Positions 52,964 to 64,000 of a stretch of DNA of 64,000 nucleotides are shown piece after piece; position 1 is the stretch's first letter; every line of letters begins with the position of its first letter. The stretch is taken from NCBI GenBank assembly GCA_964016885.1, contig OZ024740.1, positions 283,960,001-284,024,000 of the forward strand, written 5' to 3'. Position numbers and translations under genes: made by a program. The notes under the pieces were generated by a model that saw nothing but the letters and a program-made list of their open reading frames with translations, had not been told where the DNA came from and did not search any database. This DNA is from Eledone cirrhosa. Taxonomy: Eukaryota.

Positions 52964-53266
52964 TATCACCGCACGTAAAACCATCCTTGAGTTCAACAAT
53001 GAATATTGGACCAGAGCTGATACCTCTAACAACTTCGACATCACAATGGGAGCATCCGATTCATCCCAATTGACAGATTTAATTGGTATCTTTATTTTGA
53101 ACTCTTTGAGTCGGAAAATTCCTCAACTTCGTGGTGGAATTTATCGTGACGATGGACTCTTTACTATCTTAAATTGCAACACAGTTAACCTTAATATTAT
53201 CAAGAACAATATACGTAATCTCTTTAACCAACATAACCTAAAAATTGAATTTGATAACAGCATCAA
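52964..53266 (+). pseudogene. Penelope-like RT core fragment (FDITMG...YRDD type)
   Basis: [15 protein letters not shown]...[26 protein letters not shown]...GGIYRDDGL...[14 protein letters not shown], bounded by TA tracts. Confidence 0.8.
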
Positions 53267-53331
53267 TATATATACATATATATATGTATATATATATATG
53301 TATATATATATATATGTATATGTATATATGT

Positions 53332-53369
<38 letters not shown>

Positions 53370-53493
53370 GTATATGTATATGTATATATGTATATGTATA
53401 TATATATAATATTTGATAACAGCATCAATATATATACATATATATATGTATATATATATATGTATATATATATATATGTATATGTATATATGT

Positions 53494-53531
<38 letters not shown>

Positions 53532-53544
53532 GTATATGTATATG

Positions 53545-53592
<48 letters not shown>

Positions 53593-53669
53593 CATATATA
53601 TATATACATATATATATACATATATATATATACATATATATATATACATATATATATATACATATATAC

Positions 53670-53718
<49 letters not shown>

Positions 53719-53731
53719 CATATACATATAC

Positions 53732-53769
<38 letters not shown>

Positions 53770-53859
53770 ACATATATACATATACATATATATATATATA
53801 CATATATATATATACATATATATATATACATATATATATATATACATATATATATATAC

Positions 53860-54068
<209 letters not shown>

Positions 54069-54081
54069 CATATATATATAC

Positions 54082-54132
<51 letters not shown>

Positions 54133-54185
54133 CATATATACATATATATATATATACATATATATATATACATATATACATATAC

Positions 54186-54216
<31 letters not shown>

Positions 54217-54313
54217 CATATATACATATATATATATATACATATATATATATACATATATACATATACATATATATATATATATATATAAATACATATA
54301 TACATATACATAT

Positions 54314-54347
<34 letters not shown>

Positions 54348-54635
54348 ATATATATATATATACATATATACATATACATATATATATATACATATATATA
54401 TATACATATATATATATACATATATATATATATACATATATATATACATATATATATATACATATATACATATACATATATATATATACATATATACATA
54501 CATATATACATATATACATATACATATATATATATACATATATATATATACATATATATATATACATATACATATATACATATATATATATACATATATA
54601 TATATATGTATATATATACATATATATATATATAC

Positions 54636-54682
<47 letters not shown>

Positions 54683-54880
54683 CATATGTATATATACATA
54701 TACATATATATATATACATACATATATATATATATATATACATATGTAGCATGCCAATTCTAATACATATATGTCCTAGAAACGATCGTTAAATAATGAA
54801 CTTTTTTGGTTTAATATAAAGAACTGTTTCATTGTTTTCATTATTTTTTTAATGTTTTATATATACATATATATATATAC

Positions 54881-54987
<107 letters not shown>

Positions 54988-55074
54988 CATATATATACAT
55001 ATATACATATATACATATATATACATATATACATATATATATACATATATATATATATATACATATATATATAC

Positions 55075-55107
<33 letters not shown>

Positions 55108-55156
55108 CATATATATATACATATATATATATATATACATATATATATACATATAC

Positions 55157-55189
<33 letters not shown>

Positions 55190-55310
55190 CATATATATAT
55201 ACATATACATATATATATATATACATATATATATATACATATATATATACATATATATATATACATATATATACATATATATATATACATATATACATAT
55301 ATATATATAC

Positions 55311-55461
<151 letters not shown>

Positions 55462-55819
55462 CATATATACATATATATATACATACATATATACATATAT
55501 ATATACATATATACATATACATATACATATATATATACATATATACATATATATATACATACATATATACATATATATATACATATATACATATACATAT
55601 AACATATACATATATACATATATATATACATACATATATACATATATATATATATACATATATACATATACATATATATATACATATATACATATATATA
55701 TACATATATACATATATGTATACATATATACATATATATATACATATATACATATACATATACATATATACATATACATATACATATATATATATACATA
55801 TATACATATATATATATAC

Positions 55820-55900
<81 letters not shown>

Positions 55901-55911
55901 CATATATATAC

Positions 55912-55942
<31 letters not shown>

Positions 55943-55981
55943 CATATATATATACATATATATATATATACATATATATAC

Positions 55982-56028
<47 letters not shown>

Positions 56029-56183
56029 CATATATACATATATATATATACATATATATATACATATATATATACATATATATATACATATATATATACA
56101 TACATATATATATACATATATATATATATACATATATATATACATATATATATATACATATATATATATACATATATATATAC

Positions 56184-56216
<33 letters not shown>

Positions 56217-56293
56217 CATATATATATATACATATATATATACATATATATATATACATATATATATATACATATATATATATACATATATAC

Positions 56294-56328
<35 letters not shown>

Positions 56329-56462
56329 ATATACATATATACATATATACATATACATATACACATATACATATATACATATACATATACATATATATAT
56401 ATACATATATATATATACATATATATATATACATATATATATATATACATATATATATATAC

Positions 56463-56641
<179 letters not shown>

Positions 56642-56656
56642 CATATATATATATAC

Positions 56657-56707
<51 letters not shown>

Positions 56708-56723
56708 CATATATACATATATA

Positions 56724-57208
56724 TGTAAAGTTATATTTAAAATTGTTGGGTTACAATTAAAATTGTTGGGTTACAACTAGTAAATATTTATAACTGATAT
56801 AAAAGCACTCGACAAATATTTGGAGTATATTTACAATATTAAATAAATGGAAAACTATATTTATAAAACCATATTTATTTCATTATATATATTTCGAGGA
56901 TATCATATTAACAATATGCTATGCCTTCATCAGACAAAATACAATATAAACAGTTTTATAGATAAATATATTCGATATACCGTAATAAACATCAACTTCA
57001 TTTGAAGAGGTTTACTCTGCTAGAGTAAACCTCTTCAAATGAAGTTGATGTTTATTACAGTATGTCGAATATATTTATCTATAAAACTGTTTATATTGTA
57101 TTTTGTCTGATGAAGGCATAGCATATTGTTAATATGATATCCCCGAAATATATATAATGAAATAAATATGGTTTTATAAATATAGTTTTCCATTTATTTA
57201 ATATTGTA
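56724..57208. repeat. Fold-back hammerhead element (186-bp arms) in (TA)n
   Basis: Arms 56833-57018 / 57022-57208 around the spacer GCT; one-sided extension 56724-56832. Confidence 0.95.
57099..57164 (+). ncRNA. Type I hammerhead ribozyme (mirror copy on - strand at ~56876-56941)
   Basis: TATTTTGT-CTGATGA-AGG..CATATT-gtt-AATATG..CCCC-GAAA-TATATA-TA|ATGAAATA; 8-bp stem I; predicted cut after 57156. Confidence 0.75.
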
Positions 57209-57291
57209 TATACATATATATATATTTACATATATATATATACATATATACATATACATATATATATATATATATATAAATACATATATAC

Positions 57292-57364
<73 letters not shown>

Positions 57365-57643
57365 CATATATATATATACATATATATATACATATATATA
57401 TACATATATACATATACATATATATATATACATATATACATACATATATACATATACATATATATATATACATATACATATATACATATATACATATACA
57501 TATATACATATACATATACATATATACATATACATATATATATATACATATATATATATACATATATATATATACATATATATATACATATATATATATA
57601 CATATATATATATACATATATATATATACATATATATATATAC

Positions 57644-57674
<31 letters not shown>

Positions 57675-57909
57675 CATATATATATATACATATATATATA
57701 TATACATATATATATACATATATATATATATACATATATATATACATATATATACATATATATATACATATATATATATACATATACATATATATATACA
57801 TATATATACATATATATATACATATATATATATACATATACATATATATATGTACATATATATATATACATACATATATATATATACATATATATACATA
57901 TATGTATAC

Positions 57910-57940
<31 letters not shown>

Positions 57941-57944
57941 CTAG

Positions 57945-57976
<32 letters not shown>

Positions 57977-57977
57977 C

Positions 57978-58008
<31 letters not shown>

Positions 58009-58057
58009 CTAGTATATATATATATACATATATATATATATACATATATATATACAC

Positions 58058-58090
<33 letters not shown>

Positions 58091-58127
58091 CATATATATA
58101 TACATATATATATATATACATATATAT

Positions 58128-58160
<33 letters not shown>

Positions 58161-58191
58161 TATATATATACATATATATATACATATATAC

Positions 58192-58244
<53 letters not shown>

Positions 58245-58245
58245 C

Positions 58246-58290
<45 letters not shown>

Positions 58291-58291
58291 C

Positions 58292-58339
<48 letters not shown>

Positions 58340-58381
58340 GTATATATATACATATATATATATATACATATATATATATAC

Positions 58382-58466
<85 letters not shown>

Positions 58467-58497
58467 CATATGTATATATACATATACATATATATAT

Positions 58498-58543
<46 letters not shown>

Positions 58544-58695
58544 GTAGCATGCCAATTCTAACACATATATGTCCTAGAAACGATCGTTATATAATGAACT
58601 TTTTTTGTTTAATATAAAGAACTGTTTCATTGTTTTATTCATTATTTTTTTAATGTTTTATATATACATATATATATATACATATATATATATAC

Positions 58696-58740
<45 letters not shown>

Positions 58741-58775
58741 TATATACATATATATATATACATATATATATATAC

Positions 58776-58820
<45 letters not shown>

Positions 58821-58891
58821 TATATACAAATATATATACATATATATATACATATATATATATACATATATATATACATATATATATATAC

Positions 58892-58922
<31 letters not shown>

Positions 58923-58971
58923 CATATATATACATATATACATATATATATACATATATATATATATATAC

Positions 58972-59002
<31 letters not shown>

Positions 59003-59063
59003 CATATATATATACATATATATATATACATATATATACATATATATATACATATATATATAC

Positions 59064-59094
<31 letters not shown>

Positions 59095-59233
59095 CATATA
59101 TATATACATATACATATATATATATATACATATATATATATACATATATATATATACATATATATATACATATATATATATACATATATATACATATATA
59201 TATACATATATATATATACATATATATATATAC

Positions 59234-59338
<105 letters not shown>

Positions 59339-59339
59339 C

Positions 59340-59378
<39 letters not shown>

Positions 59379-59437
59379 GATATACATATATACATATATA
59401 TATATATACACATATATATATATATATACATATATAT

Positions 59438-59999
59438 GTAGATAAATCTACCAAGAGTTTACGGTAGTGTCCAATCCGTATGAAGAACTCAATGTAATCC
59501 GGATATCATGGAAAGAAGAGATGCAATGAAAAATCACTTTCGGTGAAAGATAAACGGAATACAGAGTCAAGATAAAATATTAAAAAAATAATGAATAAAA
59601 CAATGAAACAGTTCCTTATATTAAACAAAAAAAGTTCATCATTTAACGATCGTTTCTAGGATATATATGTGTTAGAATTGGCATGCATATTCAACAGATC
59701 TATGTACAAAATTATACAAAATTATACAAACTATCAAAATTAAATATACATACCAAACACATATATATGCCGTCTTCAGAAATAATTATTTCTGAAGACG
59801 GCATATATATGTGTTTGGTATGTATATTTAATTTTGATAGTTTGTATAATTTTGTATAATTTTGTACATAGATCTGTTGAATATGCATGCCAATTCTAAC
59901 ACATATATATCCTAGAAACGATCGTTAAATGATGAACTTTTTTTGTTTAATATAAGGAACTGTTTCATTGTTTTATTCATTATTTTTTTAATATTTTAT
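59438..59999. repeat. Perfect 428-bp palindrome (59572-59999) with one-sided extension, in (TA)n
   Basis: Axis between 59785 and 59786 with no spacer (CTTCAGAAATAA|TTATTTCTGAAG); no mismatch seen by eye. Confidence 0.95.
59786..59932 (+). ncRNA. Type I hammerhead with enlarged stem II (mirror copy on - strand at 59639-59785)
   Basis: TTATTT-CTGAAGA-[116 nt: GG-C-ATATATATGTGTT...AACACATATATAT-CC]-GAAA-CGATCG-TT|AAATGA. Confidence 0.7.
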
Positions 60000-60004
60000 A
60001 TACA

Positions 60005-60082
<78 letters not shown>

Positions 60083-60323
60083 CATATATATACATATATA
60101 TACATATATATATATACATATATATACATATATATATATACATATATATACATATATATACATATATATACATATATATATATACATATATATACATATA
60201 TATATATACATATATATATATACATATATACATATATATATATACATATATATATATACATATATATATATACATATATATACATATATATACATATACA
60301 TATATATATATCCATATATATAC

Positions 60324-60354
<31 letters not shown>

Positions 60355-60355
60355 C

Positions 60356-60402
<47 letters not shown>

Positions 60403-60637
60403 CATATATATATATACATATATATATACATATATATATATACATATATATACATATACATATATACATATATATACATATATATATATACATATATATA
60501 CATATATATATATACATATATATACATATATATATATACATATATATACATATATATACATATATATACATACATATATATACATATATATATATATACA
60601 TATATATACATATATACATATATATACATATATATAC

Positions 60638-60842
<205 letters not shown>

Positions 60843-60995
60843 TATATACATATATATATATACATATATATATATACATATATATATATACATATATATA
60901 TATACATATATATATATACATATATATATACATATATATATATACATATATATATACATATATATATACATATATATATATATATACATATATAC

Positions 60996-61066
<71 letters not shown>

Positions 61067-61121
61067 CATATACATATATATATATACATATACATATATA
61101 TATATATACATATACATATAC

Positions 61122-61168
<47 letters not shown>

Positions 61169-61242
61169 CATATATATATACATATATATATACATACATA
61201 TATATATATATACATATATATATACATATATATATACATACA

Positions 61243-61319
<77 letters not shown>

Positions 61320-61737
61320 ACATATATATATATATACATATATATACATATATATATATACATATATATACATATATATATATACATATATATATATACA
61401 TATATATATACATATATATATATACATATATATACATATATATATATATACATATATATATATACATATATATATACATATATATATATACATATATATA
61501 CATATATATATATACATATATATATATACATATATATATATACATATATATATATACATATACATATATATATATCCATATATATACATATATATATATA
61601 CATATATATATATATACATATATATATATACATATATATACATACATATATATACATATATATATATACATATATATACATATATATATATACATATATA
61701 TACATATATATACATACATATATATACATATATATAG

Positions 61738-61802
<65 letters not shown>

Positions 61803-61829
61803 CACATATATATATATATACATATATAA

Positions 61830-62224
61830 GGCAGTCTTGCTGGTGACATAACAAAAGCACCCAGTCTACCCTATAAAGTGGTTGTGCTGGTGATATGACA
61901 AAACCATCCAGTCCACCCTGTAAGGTGCTCATGCTGGTGACATAACCAAAATCACCCAATCTACCCTGTAGATTATCGGGCAGGTACCATGATAAAAAAG
62001 CACCCAATCCACCCTGTTAGATGGTTGTTTCGGCGTCACAATAAAATGTACCCAGTCCTCACTGTGATGTGGTAAGCATAAGGAAGGGCATCCAGGTGTA
62101 TAAACCAAGCCCCAAACAGTTCTGTATGAGCAAGATATGGTCACCTGACCTGACTTGTCTCAATGTGACAGTACATCTAACCTATACAATCATGGAAAAT
62201 AGAAGTTAAATAGTAATGATGAGA
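61830..62224 (+). mobile_element. Decayed RTE 3' UTR fragment
   Basis: CACCCAGTC.ACCCTGTAA sub-repeats and the GGAAGGGCATCCAG block. Confidence 0.7.
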
Positions 62225-62526
62225 TATATATATATATAATATAAAATAATAATGAAATTATTGTGTACAGTGCTCAGGTGCACTACAACTCATCAAAGGT
62301 TCATGTATAGTACATAGAATAATATACAAATGTGTATATATATATATATATAATTTATGTTGTATGATTTACCAATGGGGTAGATCTGTAATAAGTTAAA
62401 GCACTTGACATTATGAAATACTTATTGTGATTTTGCAACATTAAAAGGATATTTCAAATACGACCTTCTGTTGTTATTGTCCTATATCTATTTTATTTAT
62501 TTACTTTTATATATATATATATATAT

Positions 62527-62836
62527 AGCATTGGCCTTGCAATCGAAAGGATGTGAGTTCTATTCTCAGACCGGGTGATGTGTTGCTTCCTTGAGCAAGA
62601 CACTTTATTTCCCATTGCTCCAGTTTACTCAGCTGTAGGAATGAGATGATAGGGACTGGGATCCATATCATTCCACTGCAGAGTGGACGTGTAGGTGCCA
62701 CAGAAAAAAAACACCCAACACTCAATGTAAATGAGGTTGGTGTTAGGAAGGGCATCCAGCTGTAGAAATGAAGCCAGAATCAGTTCCCGTCCCACCCTTG
62801 CAAGCAGGGAAAAGCGAACGTAAAATGATGATGATT
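62527..62836 (+). mobile_element. tRNA-derived SINE (5'-clipped)
   Basis: Same sequence family as 20357-20770 and 24545-24878. Confidence 0.85.
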
Positions 62837-62837
62837 A

Positions 62838-63700
62838 TGTAATCTGAGTTTTTTTTAATATTAATAATAACATTCAATTCATTTGCAATTTTGCAAACAA
62901 GCCTCAATTTTATGGCCATGTCATTCTTGCTCTTGTGTTGGCATGTAAACAGAACTGCAGACACTAATGTTTCTGGGTGTCACCCTTCATCAGTACAGCT
63001 CATTGTTCACCTGCCAAACTGTCAGAGCTAGTGAAAATATATGCTATTTTCAAAAATACACAGTGACTGATCGGCCTGATTTGCATATTAGCAGACTGGC
63101 TGATCAGTCAGATCTGCATATTAGCAGATCCACTGATCAGCCAGATTTGCATATCAGCAGACTGGCCAATCAGTTTCCTGTATACGAGCGATAAATGGCC
63201 AGCTTTGCCAAATTCAAATTTAAAAAAAATTTTGCTCTACATGGCTGAATACAATAAATGTAATCTGAGTTTTTTCGAATATTATTAATAACATTCGATT
63301 CGTTTGCAATTTTGCAAACAAGCCCCAATTTTATAGCCATGTCAGTAGAATGAACACTTCATTCTTGCTCTTGTGTTGGCATGCTAACAGAACTGCAGAC
63401 ACTAATGTTTCTGGGTATCAGCCAGTCTGCTAACATGCAAATCAAGCCGATCAGTCACTGTGTATTTTTGAAAATAGCATATATTTTCACTAGCTCTGAC
63501 AGTTTGGCAGGTGAACAGTGAGCTGTACTGATGAAGGGTGACACCCAGAAACATTAGTGTCTGCAGTTCTGTTCGCATGCCAACACATGGCTATAAAATT
63601 GAGGCTTGTTTGCAAAATTGCAAACGAATCGAATGTTATTATTAATATTAAAAAAACCAGATTACATTCATTGTATTCAGCCATGTAGAGCGAACATTTT

Positions 63701-63703
<3 letters not shown>
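62838..63703. mobile_element. Retrozyme/PLE-pLTR-like non-coding element: ~1.4 tandem 421-bp units plus an inverted copy
   Basis: TGTAATCTGAGTTTTTT recurs at 62838 and 63259; ~63417-63703 is an inverted copy; hammerheads at 62953-63000 (-) and 63521-63568 (+); ends at (TA)n. Confidence 0.85.
63521..63568 (+). ncRNA. Type I hammerhead ribozyme (identical copy on - strand at 62953-63000)
   Basis: AGCTGTA-CTGATGA-A-GGGT-gac-ACCC-A-GAAA-CA-ttag-TG-TC|TGCAGTT; 7-bp stem I, GUC triplet, predicted cut after 63561. Confidence 0.8.
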
Positions 63704-63747
<44 letters not shown>

Positions 63748-64000
63748 TATATATATAAGTACACATAATAAATAAAAATGTAACCAAATGTTCAGATAGA
63801 ATTTATAACATTTTTACGAGTCTTACATATGTTTCTACAAATGAAATAAAATTAAAGATAGGGATGATTTTAAAAAGATTTCATTTTAGTAAGATTCCAG
63901 TAATTGGAAGTAAATACTTTTAATAGTTACCAGGCTTAAAATAAAAGAAAAAGAAAAATTTCCCTCCTCATATTAATTTAATTTCATTGGTTATAAATTG

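Overview
AT-rich, intron-rich animal genomic DNA. The repeat content (RTE LINEs with (GAT)n tails, tRNA-derived and Meta-type SINEs, very long (TA)n/(TACA)n tracts) suggests an octopod/coleoid cephalopod; this is inference. The only host gene I can support is the 3' part of a + strand alpha-arrestin (ARRDC3-like): seven coding exons from 1834 to the stop at 33316, all GT-AG with compatible phases. Its upstream exons are not seen and probably lie before the window. The rest is transposon debris: RTE and CR1 LINEs, SINEs, piggyBac and hAT MITEs, a Helitron, a Tc1/mariner relic and two kinds of Penelope-like element (PLE). There is also a 4-kb 27-bp minisatellite, a 200-N gap and about 11 kb of TA-rich low complexity. 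The most striking signal is a set of seven sequence-distinct type I hammerhead-ribozyme motifs. Most lie in short non-coding elements inserted in or next to (TA)n, and several are arranged as fold-back palindromes. One has a 116-nt stem II, two have a TATATA stem III, and one sits in a 421-bp retrozyme-like tandem unit with octamer repeats. Ribozyme folds were read by eye and activity is untested. The long ORFs over the minisatellite and TA tracts are artefacts.
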